A stretch of DNA of 32,000 nt from Schaalia meyeri (GTDB lineage: Bacteria > Actinomycetota > Actinomycetes > Actinomycetales > Actinomycetaceae). Each line of letters starts with the position of its first letter. Within the stretch, counting starts at the first letter, position 1. Below are positions 9,267-19,052 of this stretch, piece by piece. A model generated the notes under the pieces. It worked only from the letters and a program-made list of their open reading frames with translations. It did not search any database and was not told the origin of the DNA. The stretch covers positions 210,001-242,000 of the forward strand of contig NZ_FNLK01000005.1 in assembly GCF_900105015.1 (NCBI RefSeq), given 5' to 3'. The position numbers and the translations under genes are program-made.

Positions 9267-9779
9267 TCAACTCCGCGGATCCGCGTCAATGGCTCCCTGA
9301 ATATCGTGAAATAGCAGATTCGATATCTCGACCTGAACCATTTCGACCTTGGGCACGTCCCACAACAGGAGGGGATCGTTCGCGGATGTCTGCAGGGCGA
9401 GAGTGCCGCAACCAAAGATACGATCGTCGAAGTTCTTTTCGATCTGGATGTCGGAGATGCGGGTCAGCGGCAGGTCGTGTCCGGTCCGCCTAATGACGCC
9501 GGTGCGGGTGATGACCCGCTTTGTCGTGACCGTGTAGGTTGTCATCGACCACTTCACCCACGGCACGATAAAGAGCGGAATCGACAGCACGAGGACGGTG
9601 ATCCATATGGTTGCCAACGCCCAGTAACGTGCGTTCGCAGGCACGTAGAACGATCCGATGGCAGCCGCTACGAGCAAGAGAACCTCAATGATAATCGCGG
9701 GCAAGAGGGTCTTGACGTGCGTGTGCATGTGACGGACGACGACCTCGTCCTGACTGAGGAGCTTCTTCGACATGGCCAT
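9267..9779 (-). CDS. Bacterial PH-domain (bPH_2 / YdbS-YdbT-like, DUF304) membrane protein
   Basis: 170 aa. Two TM helices (LLPAIIIEVLLLVAAAIGSF, ALATIWITVLVLSIPLFIV) are followed by YTVTTKRVITRTGVIRRTGHDLPLTRISDIQIEKNFDDRIFGCGTL, the typical bPH_2 pattern. Confidence 0.75.
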   Translation of the reverse strand: MAMSKKLLSQDEVVVRHMHTHVKTLLPAIIIEVLLLVAAAIGSFYVPANARYWALATIWITVLVLSIPLFIVPWVKWSMTTYTVTTKRVITRTGVIRRTGHDLPLTRISDIQIEKNFDDRIFGCGTLALQTSANDPLLLWDVPKVEMVQVEISNLLFHDIQGAIDADPRS

Positions 9780-9851
9780 AGCTCTATCATGCCAGAATTG
9801 CGCGAGGCAGGAGGCCTCATGTCATGGCCCGTACGAGGTGCGAACCGCGGC

Positions 9852-10505
9852 TTAGCGGGGACGCCGATACGTCCCGATGATGTCGGTGTTCACGATTCCG
9901 ATTGCGGTCATGAGGGCGAGCATCGTTGTCGGCCCGACAAAGCGGAACCCGCGCCGTCTCAGTTCCGCGGCGAGTGCTCGGGACTCGTGAGTCTGCGTCG
10001 GCACCTGCGCGGCGCATGTGGGCCGGGGATCGTGGGTGGGGCAAAATCGCCACACCAGATCGCCGAGGTGCGACGGCTGCTCGTCCCGGGCAGCTGCATC
10101 TGCCTCGCAGGATCGAATCGCTAACGTTGCCCGCGCATTGGAGATCGCGGCTTCGATCTTCCTACGGTTACGGATGATCGAAGCGTTCGACATGAGGGCT
10201 TCGACGTCCTGTGGGCCGAATCCGGCGACCCGTTCGGGCTGGAAGTTGGCGAATGCCTCGCGAAACGCGGCGCGCTTGGTGAGCACGGTGCGCCACGAGA
10301 GGCCCGACTGGAAACCCTCGAGAATCAGGCGTTCATAGACCCCCGACTCGTCGTGGACGGGCATGCCCCACTCGGTATCGTAGTAGAGACGCATCAGGGT
10401 GTCGTGGGACGCCCAGGTTGGGCGGACCAGGCCGTCATCGCACAGCGTGAGGCCATTGGCAAGCGTTTTTGGCGCTCCCACGGGAACGTTGTGTGAGGTG
10501 TTCAT
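9852..10505 (-). CDS. tag: DNA-3-methyladenine glycosylase I
   Basis: YYDTEWGMPVHDESGVYERLILEGFQSGLSWRTVLTKRAAFREAFANF and IIRNRRKIEAAISNA match Tag. I prefer ATG 10505 (MNTSHNVPVG...) over the ORF-track start 10634, because a perfect 10-bp hairpin sits in 10595-10620 and Tag proteins are about 190-220 aa. The start is uncertain. Confidence 0.85.
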   Translation of the reverse strand: MNTSHNVPVGAPKTLANGLTLCDDGLVRPTWASHDTLMRLYYDTEWGMPVHDESGVYERLILEGFQSGLSWRTVLTKRAAFREAFANFQPERVAGFGPQDVEALMSNASIIRNRRKIEAAISNARATLAIRSCEADAAARDEQPSHLGDLVWRFCPTHDPRPTCAAQVPTQTHESRALAAELRRRGFRFVGPTTMLALMTAIGIVNTDIIGTYRRPR

Positions 10506-10594
10506 GATGTGATCCTGCGTCTCCTCATCGGCGCGGTCAAGCGAAGCGCCGGAGCCTGTGGAAAAGAGCGCGTCGCTCCCCGTCCCTGTGGATG

Positions 10595-10620
10595 CACTGC
10601 CGATCCATGTATCGGCAGTG
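10595..10620 (-). terminator. Perfect 10-bp stem-loop downstream of der (possible attenuator or terminator)
   Basis: CACTGCCGAT-ccatgt-ATCGGCAGTG on the + strand, about 50 nt past the der stop. No adjacent U-tract. Confidence 0.3.
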
Positions 10621-10670
10621 ACCGGTGACATCACGCCCTGGCGGGGGAGGAGAGCCCACCGGGCACGCGT

Positions 10671-12221
10671 CTACCTCCGGCGCTTCTCACGCACACGCAC
10701 GGAAATCTGAATGGGAGTTCCCTCAAAGCCAAAAGTCTCGCGCAGGCGGCGTTCGATGAAGCGGCGGTAACCCGGATCCAGGAAGCCGGTTGTGAACAAG
10801 ACGAAACGAGGTGGTTTGCTGGAAGCCTGAGTGCCAAAAAGAACGCGGGGCTGCTTACCGCCGCGCAGCGGGTGCGGGTGGGCGGCAACCAGCTGTCCGA
10901 GGAATGCATTGAGCTGCCCGGTTGGAATACGAGTCTCCCACCCCTTCAGGGCGGTGTCGAGCGCCCGAACGATCCGGTTCGTGTGCCAACCGGTCTTGGC
11001 CGCGAGGTTAATGCGCGGTGCCCACTGGACCTGCACGAGTTCACGCTGAAGCTGGTTCTTGATCTCTTTCTGGCGTTCCTCGTCAACCAGATCCCATTTG
11101 TTCGTGACGACCACGAGCGCGCGACCCGAGTCGATCACCTGCTGCACGACGCGAATATCCTGCTCGGTGAGCGGGGCGGAACCGTCAATGAGGACCAGGG
11201 CGACTTCAGCCCTCTCAATAGCCGCCTGAGTCCGAATAGACGCGTAGTAGTCCGCGCCCGTCGTGCGGTGCATCTTGCGTCGAATGCCCGCGGTATCAAT
11301 GAACCACCAGGGCCTGCCGTCAAGCTCAATGAGCTCGTCGACAGGGTCACGCGTCGTGCCAGCCAGTTCGTTAACGACGACGCGTTCGCCACCGGCGAGG
11401 GCGTTGAGCAGCGAGGACTTACCAACATTTGGGCGACCGACGAGGGCTACTCGGCGCGGCCCACCAGCGGGTGGTGCCAAGGCGACGGCCGACTCGTCGG
11501 GCAGGACGTCCATGACGACATCGAGCAGGTCGCCGGTGCCTCGTCCGTGCAGGGCCGAGATGGGGTGGGGTTCTCCCAGGCCAAGACTCCACAGGTAGGC
11601 TGCGTCGGCCTCCTGAAGGGGGGAATCGACCTTATTCGCGGCTAGGATAATCGGCTTGTTCTTGGACCGCAGCATCTCGACGATGCGTTCGTCCGAAGCT
11701 GTGACTCCAACCGTTGCATCGAGTACGAGGACAACCGCGTCCGCCAGATCGACCGCCATCTCGGCCTGTTTCGCAACCGAGCGGTCCAGGCCCTTGACGT
11801 CGATTTCCCATCCGCCGGTGTCCACGAGGGTAAAGTTGCGTCCGGCCCACTCCGCGGGGTAGGAAACGCGGTCACGTGTCACGCCCGGTGTGTCCTGCAC
11901 GACCGCCTCACGTCGGCCGAGAATACGGTTCACCAGCGTGGATTTACCGACGTTGGGGCGTCCGACGACTGCCAGCACCGGCAACCCCGCAGTAACGTCG
12001 TGGCCATTCGTAGCCGGTGCCTGGCCCGAAAGCAACGCGATGTCTTCCTCGTCCAGCTCAAACTGATCGAGGTCGGCGCGCATGATGCGGGCGCGCGCCT
12101 CGGAGTTTGCGTCTGCTAGGTCGCGCGCATCGAACGAGGCCGTGGCCGGGGCAGCGCCGCAGTCGAGTGCGTCCTCGGAGAAGCTGAGGGGGGCATCGGA
12201 TCGGTCATCAATGTCTTTCAC
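10671..12221 (-). CDS. der: Ribosome-associated GTPase Der/EngA (two GTPase domains plus KH-like domain) with an acidic N-terminal extension
   Basis: Two G1 motifs: [18 protein letters not shown] and [27 protein letters not shown]3 motifs and NKVD/NKWD G4 motifs. C-terminal [37 protein letters not shown] start at 12221. Confidence 0.93.
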   Translation of the reverse strand: MKDIDDRSDAPLSFSEDALDCGAAPATASFDARDLADANSEARARIMRADLDQFELDEEDIALLSGQAPATNGHDVTAGLPVLAVVGRPNVGKSTLVNRILGRREAVVQDTPGVTRDRVSYPAEWAGRNFTLVDTGGWEIDVKGLDRSVAKQAEMAVDLADAVVLVLDATVGVTASDERIVEMLRSKNKPIILAANKVDSPLQEADAAYLWSLGLGEPHPISALHGRGTGDLLDVVMDVLPDESAVALAPPAGGPRRVALVGRPNVGKSSLLNALAGGERVVVNELAGTTRDPVDELIELDGRPWWFIDTAGIRRKMHRTTGADYYASIRTQAAIERAEVALVLIDGSAPLTEQDIRVVQQVIDSGRALVVVTNKWDLVDEERQKEIKNQLQRELVQVQWAPRINLAAKTGWHTNRIVRALDTALKGWETRIPTGQLNAFLGQLVAAHPHPLRGGKQPRVLFGTQASSKPPRFVLFTTGFLDPGYRRFIERRLRETFGFEGTPIQISVRVREKRRR

Positions 12222-12299
12222 CCGTCCAGTCTACGGCGAGAGGCGCCGCCCGGGCCCAATGGGGCCTGCCAGGCGCGCCAGGACATCGCCTGATGCCTC

Positions 12300-13880
12300 C
12301 TATTCGTGCGAACGCACGTCACCCGCGAGGACCTCTGCAGCGACGGGGACGTCGTTGTAGCGGTGGTGAATTCCTTGGATTTCCTGATACCACTCGGATC
12401 CCTTGCCCGTAATAACGACGGTGTCTGTCGGCAAAGCGGCCAGAATCGCTCGTCGCACCGCGTCACGACGGCAAGTTGTCACTTCAAACACATCGAGCAT
12501 GTCGGGGCGAACGGATGCGATCCCGCGCAGCAGGTAGTCGCGAATGTGCTGAGGATCCTCGGTACGCGGATTCTCGTCCGTCACCCACAAGATGTCGGCC
12601 TCGCGTGCGGCGATGGCCCCGAGCTCTTCGCGCTTGCTTGCGTCCCGATCACCGTCGGTGCCAAAGACAATGACGACGTTACCGCTGGTGAGCTCGCGCG
12701 TCGAACGCAGGGTCCATTCAAGAGCCTCGGGCGTATGGGCATAATCGACGATGACCAGGGGCTGGGCGCCCGGCGTGGGATTGACCTTCTCCATACGCCC
12801 CGGAATCTGAGGGGCGGCCTCAACGGAGGCGATGACGTCGGGAAGGTCGATTCCCAGGCTTACGGCGCTGACAATCGCGACCGCGGTATTTTGGACGTTG
12901 ACCTCTCCCAGGATGGGCATCGCGACGCGGTGGCCCATGCCGTCGGGGGCAACGAGAGTGAAAACGGTGCGCCCAATCGACTTGTCCGGTGCGATGTCGC
13001 AGACCTGCCAGTCCGCCTCCTCATCGGTCAGTGCAGACACGGTAGTAACCGGAATGGGGGCCTGGGCCGCAAGTCGGCGCCCCCACTCGTCGTCGACGCA
13101 CACGACCGCGCGGCGAGAGTGCTCGGGGGTAAAGAGCAGGGCTTTCGCGGCGAAGTATGCTTCCATATCGCCGTAGTAGTCCAGGTGGTCGTGCTGAAGG
13201 TTCGTGAAAGCGGCGACGTCGAAGACGATTGTGTCGACCCGGTGCAACGAGAGGGCATGCGCCGACAGCTCAATGACCCCCGCACCGCACGCGTATTGTT
13301 CGGTTGCGGCGAGGAAACGCGCGACGACGGGGGCTTCCGCCGTCGTACGGACTGCCTCAAAGGAAATCGGACCGACACTGGTCTCGACTGTCCCGCACAG
13401 CGATGCATCGGGGAAACGAGAAGAAATCGCAGCACGCATGAGGTATGACGTCGTCGTCTTGCCATTGGTGCCCGTAACGGCCATCGTGGTGACGCGGGTT
13501 GCGGGAGCGCCGTAGATGTTGTTGCAGATCGTGGGGACAACTCCGCGCGGATCCTCCACCTGGACGACCGGCACCCCCAGGCCTCGGTCGTGTGCCTGCA
13601 CCCTTCCGGCCGCGTCCGTGAGAATGAGGCTCGCTCCCGCTTCAACGGCCGCGTGGGCAAAACGCACCCCGTGCTGTGTCAAGCCCGGGATCGCCACGAA
13701 GATCCACCCCGGTTCGCAATCGTTGGAAGAGACGGTGATACCGCTGACGGTGGTTCCCGTGCGATCGATTGCCCCTGCGGTTGCGTCAGCATCGTAGAAT
13801 CCCTGGATCGCGACGCCTTCCAAAGCTCGGAAGAGCGGAACCGGATCAACGGGGGGGCGGATATCAGTCACTGAAGTCAT
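12300..13880 (-). CDS. murE: Mur ligase, MurE-like (UDP-MurNAc-L-Ala-D-Glu : diamino-acid ligase)
   Basis: Motifs MAVTGTNGKTTTSYL (P-loop), FTNLQHDHLDYYGDMEAYFAAK, VDYAHTPEALE, VTDENPRTEDP (compare the DNPR motif of DAP-adding MurE) and ITGKGSE. Start at ATG 13880 or GTG 13919. The amino-acid substrate is not decidable from sequence. Confidence 0.82.
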   Translation of the reverse strand: MTSVTDIRPPVDPVPLFRALEGVAIQGFYDADATAGAIDRTGTTVSGITVSSNDCEPGWIFVAIPGLTQHGVRFAHAAVEAGASLILTDAAGRVQAHDRGLGVPVVQVEDPRGVVPTICNNIYGAPATRVTTMAVTGTNGKTTTSYLMRAAISSRFPDASLCGTVETSVGPISFEAVRTTAEAPVVARFLAATEQYACGAGVIELSAHALSLHRVDTIVFDVAAFTNLQHDHLDYYGDMEAYFAAKALLFTPEHSRRAVVCVDDEWGRRLAAQAPIPVTTVSALTDEEADWQVCDIAPDKSIGRTVFTLVAPDGMGHRVAMPILGEVNVQNTAVAIVSAVSLGIDLPDVIASVEAAPQIPGRMEKVNPTPGAQPLVIVDYAHTPEALEWTLRSTRELTSGNVVIVFGTDGDRDASKREELGAIAAREADILWVTDENPRTEDPQHIRDYLLRGIASVRPDMLDVFEVTTCRRDAVRRAILAALPTDTVVITGKGSEWYQEIQGIHHRYNDVPVAAEVLAGDVRSHE

Positions 13881-13943
13881 AACACCACTGTAGTTCGTCG
13901 CGGCGGCGTCGCGCTCCACACGTCAGGTCGGCGACACAGTAGG

Positions 13944-16532
13944 ATGAGACTCATGCAGATTCTGACACGCGACGAGGCGGCGCATCGCGCGGCCCAGCTG
14001 GACGTATCCGCCATTGACGTCGTCGTTGACGTCCGAGACGCCCAGAAAGAGTCCGTGGCAACCTATCCGGTGAGTTCCACGCTGACGATGACCTCGCGCG
14101 GGGAACGAAGCTTTATCGATATCGCCGGGGAGGTCACGGGAGTATTCCTGAACGGCCAGGCACATGCGTTCGAAGACGACGAGGACCGCGTGTGGGTGAG
14201 CGGCCTGCCCGTGGGGGAGAGCTTCACGCTGGAGATCCGTGCGCTCGCCCGCTACTCGCGCAGCGGCGAGGGATTGCACCGCTACGTCGATCCCGAAGAC
14301 GCGGAGGTGTACCTCTACACGCAGTTCGAACCCAACGATGCCCACCGAGCGTGGCCGTGCATTGACCAGCCCGATGTGAAGCCCGAGTGGACCTTCCACG
14401 TGATCGCGCCCGCGCGATGGGTCGTCTCCTCCAACGGCGCTGAGATTCGGTCTGAGCCGGTCGACGGGGAGGAGGTGGTGCGTCACGACTTCAGCGCAAC
14501 GCGGCCGCTTTCCAGCTACATCACGGCCATCGTCGCCGGTCCGTGGGCGGTCATCGACGGCGGAACGTGGAGCGGCGGTGCCTCCGATGGGGGACACACC
14601 GACTTGGCGCTTCGCCTGCTGTGCAGGCGCACTCTCGCACGCTACCTCGATGCGCAGGATGTTTTCGAAGTCACGCGAGCGGGGCTGGACTTTTATCACG
14701 AGCGCTACGGGGTAACTTTCCCCTGGGGGTCCTACGACCAGATCTACGTGCCTGAATACAACCTCGGAGCCATGGAGAACCCGGGGTGCATCACCTTCAA
14801 CGAAAACTACATTTCCCGCTCGACGCCTACCTTCGCAGAACGGCAGCGTCGCGCGAACACCACGCTCCACGAGATGTGCCACATGTGGTTTGGTGACCTC
14901 GCCACTCCCGCCTGGTGGGACGACCTGTGGCTCAAGGAATCGTTTGCAGAAAATCAGGGGGCCAGCGCGATCGCAACGGCAACGCGCTATGTCGGCGAAT
15001 GGGCGAATTTCGCTATGAACCGTAAAATCTGGGCCTACACGCAAGACCAGATGCCGACGAGACACCCCATCGCGGCCGACATCCCTGACGTCGCCGCGGC
15101 CAAGACAAATTTCGACGGCATCACCTACGCGAAGGGTGCCTCCGTTCTCAAACAGTTGGTGGCGTGGGTCGGACAGGACGCGTTCTACGAAGGAACACGT
15201 CGGTACTTCCAGAAACACCAATTCGGCGCCACGTGCCTCCACGACCTGCTCGAAGCCCTGGAAGAGGCGTCGGGGCAGGAACTGGAAACGTGGAAGAGCG
15301 CATGGCTCGACACATCGGGTCCTTCGACCCTGTTCGCCACCAGAGCCATCGACGGAGCCGGAGCCATCTCGGACTTTACTCTCCACCAGAGCGCTCAAGC
15401 GTGTGGGGGAGTGCTCCGTCCCCACCGCGTAACCGTATCGACGTGGCGTGTGGCCGGGGGAAAGCTGGAACAAACTCGGGTCTTCGATGTGCGCATAGAG
15501 GGGGAGAGGACCTTGATCGACCCCGACGGGGTACTGTCGGGGTCGGGTAGCGCTGCTTTAGTTGACCTCGTCGTCGTCAATGACGATGACCTGACGTACG
15601 CGATCGCCCGGCTGGATGAACGCTCAACGGACGTCGCTCTGGCCTACGTCGCCACCATCGACGCGCCGATCACGCGAGCGGTTGTCTGGGCGTCGCTGTG
15701 GAATGCAGTGCGTGACGGGCTGCTCGATCCGCGCCGCTTCATCGATGCCGTCCTTACCGCCGTTCCCGCGGAGAGGGAACCCACTATCCGCGACCGTCTC
15801 GTCCTGTTCGTCGCGGAAGCCCTGTCGTCGTTCCTGCCCGGACGAGCGCGCGTCGGAGTCCACGACCGCGTGATGGCGACCATGCTTCGCCTGTCGAAGG
15901 AGACGACCGACGCCGATGCCCGGCGCACGTATACGCGCGCCTTCATCGCCGAGTTTTCAGCTCGAGGCGGGGACAACTACGCGGAAACGGTGAAAGGGCT
16001 CGCCTGGGCAGATGACCCTGACATCGCGTGGAGAGCGCGCCGGGCGCTATCGGCGCGGGGAATCGTGCACGAGGAGACGATCGACCAATGGCGTGACGCC
16101 GATGGGTCGGGTGAAGCTGCGCGGATGAGCGCTGAGGCGCTTTCCTCGCTGCCCGAAGAAAGCGCCCGGAGGCGCGCGTGGGAGTCTGTCTATGCAGATT
16201 CGCTGTCGAACGACCTCCTCACCGCGACCCTGGCGGGCTTGCAGGCCTCGTCGTGGGAAGGCGAGTCAGGAGTCGAGACCGCGCTTTCGAGGATACGCGC
16301 CTACTGGGAGACGCACACCATCGGCATGGCGCTGCGCTACGCCAACGGGGTGCTGGCGCTGGGCATCGACATCGACCGCGAGGGCAGCGTCGAACAATCC
16401 GTTTGCCTCCTGCGTTCATGGCTTGAGGAAAACGCAGACGCTCCGGCTCAGCTGCGCCGTATCATCATCGAGCACCTCGACTCGTTCGAGCGCTGCGAAC
16501 GCGTGCAGCGTCGGTGGGAGCAGGAGCAATGA
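13944..16532 (+). CDS. pepN: Aminopeptidase N (M1 zinc metallopeptidase)
   Basis: Motifs GAMENPG, HEMCHMWFGDL (HEXXH), WLKESFAE and the ERAP1-like C-terminal domain. 862 aa. A possible alternative start is ATG 13953. Confidence 0.93.
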   Translation: MRLMQILTRDEAAHRAAQLDVSAIDVVVDVRDAQKESVATYPVSSTLTMTSRGERSFIDIAGEVTGVFLNGQAHAFEDDEDRVWVSGLPVGESFTLEIRALARYSRSGEGLHRYVDPEDAEVYLYTQFEPNDAHRAWPCIDQPDVKPEWTFHVIAPARWVVSSNGAEIRSEPVDGEEVVRHDFSATRPLSSYITAIVAGPWAVIDGGTWSGGASDGGHTDLALRLLCRRTLARYLDAQDVFEVTRAGLDFYHERYGVTFPWGSYDQIYVPEYNLGAMENPGCITFNENYISRSTPTFAERQRRANTTLHEMCHMWFGDLATPAWWDDLWLKESFAENQGASAIATATRYVGEWANFAMNRKIWAYTQDQMPTRHPIAADIPDVAAAKTNFDGITYAKGASVLKQLVAWVGQDAFYEGTRRYFQKHQFGATCLHDLLEALEEASGQELETWKSAWLDTSGPSTLFATRAIDGAGAISDFTLHQSAQACGGVLRPHRVTVSTWRVAGGKLEQTRVFDVRIEGERTLIDPDGVLSGSGSAALVDLVVVNDDDLTYAIARLDERSTDVALAYVATIDAPITRAVVWASLWNAVRDGLLDPRRFIDAVLTAVPAEREPTIRDRLVLFVAEALSSFLPGRARVGVHDRVMATMLRLSKETTDADARRTYTRAFIAEFSARGGDNYAETVKGLAWADDPDIAWRARRALSARGIVHEETIDQWRDADGSGEAARMSAEALSSLPEESARRRAWESVYADSLSNDLLTATLAGLQASSWEGESGVETALSRIRAYWETHTIGMALRYANGVLALGIDIDREGSVEQSVCLLRSWLEENADAPAQLRRIIIEHLDSFERCERVQRRWEQEQ

Positions 16533-17383
16533 CGCACCGGGGCCATCGAGACGAAGCACCGGGGGAGGAACGACAGGTGCCCCGGGCCTCGACCGTGGAC
16601 CCCGCGGCCTCGATGTCCCTGTTGACCTCCCTGCTGGCAAACCCCCTCGATGCGGGCTACGAACACTACCACGCGGACCACAGCTCCCACCCTGCCAGGT
16701 GCATCGAGAAGCTTGCCGTCTTTGTGGTTGCGGCAGCGCTCGGCTTCGGATCAATCGTGGCAACGGCTTGTCTGCGAGGGCCAGCCAGTGACGTGAAGGC
16801 GGACCTGAAGGCCCAGGCATCTGCCCGATCTGACCAGGTGGAAGCGCTGAACGCCGACGTGCAGTCTCTCGGTAGAGCGATCGACCAGCTCTCGCAATCC
16901 GGGGACGCGGCGCCTACCGATAGCGCCCAGGAGATGACGACGGCCACGACCCCGGTATCGGGCCCCGGGATCACTGTCACGTTGACGGATCGCAGCGGTC
17001 CCGGCAGAGGCAGCGGAGCCGTGCGCGATCAGGATCTGGCGATGGTCGTCAACGCGCTGTGGGCCGCAGGTGCGGATGCGATTTCTATCAACGGTCAAAG
17101 GATCGGCCCCGATACCTTCGTGCGCAAGGCGGGTTCCGTTATCCTCGTCAACGTTGCTCCCGTGTCCTCCCCCTATGAGGTCAGCGCCATCGGAGATTCC
17201 AACGCGCTGTCGGTTGCGCTCGTTCGCGGAGCCACCGGCGATTATCTCTCGGCCGCCCAGTCGGTGACCGGCATGAGCGTCTCCACGAAGGTCGTAGCTA
17301 CACTGTCCATGGACGCGCGCGCCCATACCGTCCCCCAATACGCATCCCCGCTGACGTCACCGAACGAAGGAGGTACTCAGTGA
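16529..17383 (+). CDS. DUF881 domain membrane protein (division-associated cluster)
   Basis: Single TM segment, coiled region, then GPGITVTLTD...DQDLAMVVNALWAAGADAISINGQRIGP...SPYEVSAIGD, typical of DUF881. The ATG at 16529 forms an ATGA overlap with the pepN stop and follows GGAGCAGGAG. Confidence 0.8.
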   Translation: MTHRGHRDEAPGEERQVPRASTVDPAASMSLLTSLLANPLDAGYEHYHADHSSHPARCIEKLAVFVVAAALGFGSIVATACLRGPASDVKADLKAQASARSDQVEALNADVQSLGRAIDQLSQSGDAAPTDSAQEMTTATTPVSGPGITVTLTDRSGPGRGSGAVRDQDLAMVVNALWAAGADAISINGQRIGPDTFVRKAGSVILVNVAPVSSPYEVSAIGDSNALSVALVRGATGDYLSAAQSVTGMSVSTKVVATLSMDARAHTVPQYASPLTSPNEGGTQ

Positions 17384-17712
17384 TCGCCGTCATCGGATTG
17401 ATCATCGGCATAGTTTTCGGCGTGCTCCTTGACCCCACGGTTCCGGCATGGCTGACGCCGTTTTTGCCCGTCGCGGTTGTCGCCGGGCTTGATGCCCTCT
17501 TCGGCGCCGGGCGCGCGTGGCTTGAGGGTCGTTTTGCCGACCGTGTGTTTGTCACATCGTTCTTTTGGAACGTCGTCGTCGCATGCCTCCTTGTTTTCCT
17601 GGGCACTCAGCTCGGAGTGGGGTCCGCGATGACCACGGCCGTGGTCGTAGTTCTGGGAATCCGCATCTTCTCCAATACCGCATCGATCCGTCGATTGCTG
17701 CTGAAGGCGTGA
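17380..17712 (+). CDS. Small basic family protein (DUF1290)
   Basis: 110-aa multi-TM protein sandwiched between two DUF881 genes, the conserved actinobacterial arrangement. GTGA overlap with the upstream gene. Confidence 0.8.
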   Translation: MIAVIGLIIGIVFGVLLDPTVPAWLTPFLPVAVVAGLDALFGAGRAWLEGRFADRVFVTSFFWNVVVACLLVFLGTQLGVGSAMTTAVVVVLGIRIFSNTASIRRLLLKA

Positions 17713-17713
17713 C

Positions 17714-18514
17714 ATGAGCGAGAAGACGAACGAAGAGATCCCCGCCGTCCACGAGGATCGAACCGCCCATCGCGGCGATGACGCGAAGGGTGAGACACGC
17801 GGTGGGAAACACCTGTGGGAGCGAGCGAGGGGAGCGTTTTTTGCGCTTCCACGGGGGCTGCATGCCGTCATACTCATCATCTTTATGATTCTCGGGTTTG
17901 CGCTGGCCACTCAGGTTCGCGCCCAACGCTCCGACCCTCTCGAGGGGCTGTCCGAGCAGGATCTCGTGACGGTCCTCGACGAGCTGGGAACTCAGGAGCA
18001 GAATCTGCGGACAAAGCGCGGGGAGCTCGCCCGCGAGCTGGAGGATCTGCAGGGCGCAGCTGACGAAGCAGACGCTCGTGAACAGGCGTCACGAAAGGCC
18101 GCGCTCCAAGCGCAGATAGCGGCGGGAACCATCCCCGTACACGGCCCCGGCGTATCGGTCAGCGTCGCGGACCCCGGCGCGAATCTGACCCCCACTCAGT
18201 TCGTGATAACGCTCGGGGAACTGCGCAACGCGGGAGCTGAGGCCATCGAGCTCAACGGGGTGCGCCTGTCGACGCGGTCGGCGTTTACGGGACAAGCCGG
18301 AGCGATCAACGTCGATGGCACCGCCATCTCTTCGCCGTACACGTGGAACGTCATCGGTGAGTCACAGACGATCGCGACAGCGCTCGACATTCAGGCCGGA
18401 TCGGCGGCACAGATGAGGGCCAAGGGAGCGGTTGTCAGCATCACGCCGAGCAAGGATATCGAGATCCGCTCTGTCGCCACCCCGCGCGCGCCCCAGTACG
18501 CGACATATGACTGA
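17714..18514 (+). CDS. DUF881 domain membrane protein (second copy)
   Basis: TM segment, coiled coil, then HGPGVSVSVADPG...ITLGELRNAGAEAIELNGVRLSTRS...SPYTWNVIGE. Confidence 0.8.
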   Translation: MSEKTNEEIPAVHEDRTAHRGDDAKGETRGGKHLWERARGAFFALPRGLHAVILIIFMILGFALATQVRAQRSDPLEGLSEQDLVTVLDELGTQEQNLRTKRGELARELEDLQGAADEADAREQASRKAALQAQIAAGTIPVHGPGVSVSVADPGANLTPTQFVITLGELRNAGAEAIELNGVRLSTRSAFTGQAGAINVDGTAISSPYTWNVIGESQTIATALDIQAGSAAQMRAKGAVVSITPSKDIEIRSVATPRAPQYATYD

Positions 18515-18524
18515 GCGCCCCACG

Positions 18525-18530
18525 TATAAT
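18525..18530 (+). promoter_or_regulatory. Candidate -10 element (TATAAT) for the FHA gene
   Basis: A perfect TATAAT sits in a GC-rich spacer, 88 nt upstream of ATG 18618. The -35 (cGACAt, 18-nt spacing) is weak. Confidence 0.3.
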
Positions 18531-18617
18531 GGGCGAGGAAGTCACCGTGCCCGCGCCTGACGGATGGTGAACGTTTACACTTGTCCCAGTCACCGAAATC
18601 ACCGTTTGGAGCGCACA

Positions 18618-19052
18618 ATGTCTGACAATCAACAGTTCGACCCCACTGCAACCTCCATCTTTGGCATGACGCCTGTAACGGAGGACGCCGAAGAGGCACC
18701 CGTCGCGCTGTCCGCTCGTGATCGCGAGGCCGTGGAAGCCCTGCCCGCAGGTTCGGCTCTGCTTATCGTGCAGCGCGGGCCCAATACCGGTGCGCGTTTC
18801 CTTCTCGATCCCGAGGTAACGAATGCCGGTCGATCACCGAAGGCCGACATCTTCCTTGACGACGTTACCGTGTCGCGTAAGCACTGCCAGTTCATCGCCT
18901 CCGGCGGCGGCCACATCGTGCGCGACTCCGGTTCCCTCAACGGAACCTATGTGAACCGTGAGCGCGTCGACTCGGTTGAATTGCACCCGGGAGACGAGGT
19001 GCAGATCGGGAAGTACCGACTGACGTACCAGCCCTCAACCAAGCATGCCTAG
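18618..19052 (+). CDS. garA: FHA-domain regulator, GarA/OdhI family
   Basis: A threonine-containing N-terminal peptide (FDPTATSIFGMTPVTED) is followed by the FHA domain: GARFLLDPEVTNAGRSPKADIFLDDVTVSRKHCQF...DSGSLNGTYVNRERV. GGAG lies 7 nt upstream of ATG 18618. Confidence 0.88.
   Translation: MSDNQQFDPTATSIFGMTPVTEDAEEAPVALSARDREAVEALPAGSALLIVQRGPNTGARFLLDPEVTNAGRSPKADIFLDDVTVSRKHCQFIASGGGHIVRDSGSLNGTYVNRERVDSVELHPGDEVQIGKYRLTYQPSTKHA

Noticed and set aside
13923-15473. A 516-aa ORF antisense to pepN. Similar long antisense or out-of-frame ORFs occur at 2767-4128(-), 12306-13448(+), 10872-11645(+), 24532-25509(+), 27887-28672(+), 21768-22550(+), 29199-30047(-) and 7454-8134(-).
   Set aside because: The translations are Arg/Pro/Gly/Ala-rich low-complexity strings with no recognisable motifs. 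Each one fully overlaps a gene with strong family signatures. In GC-rich DNA, stop codons are rare in non-coding frames, so such shadow ORFs are expected.
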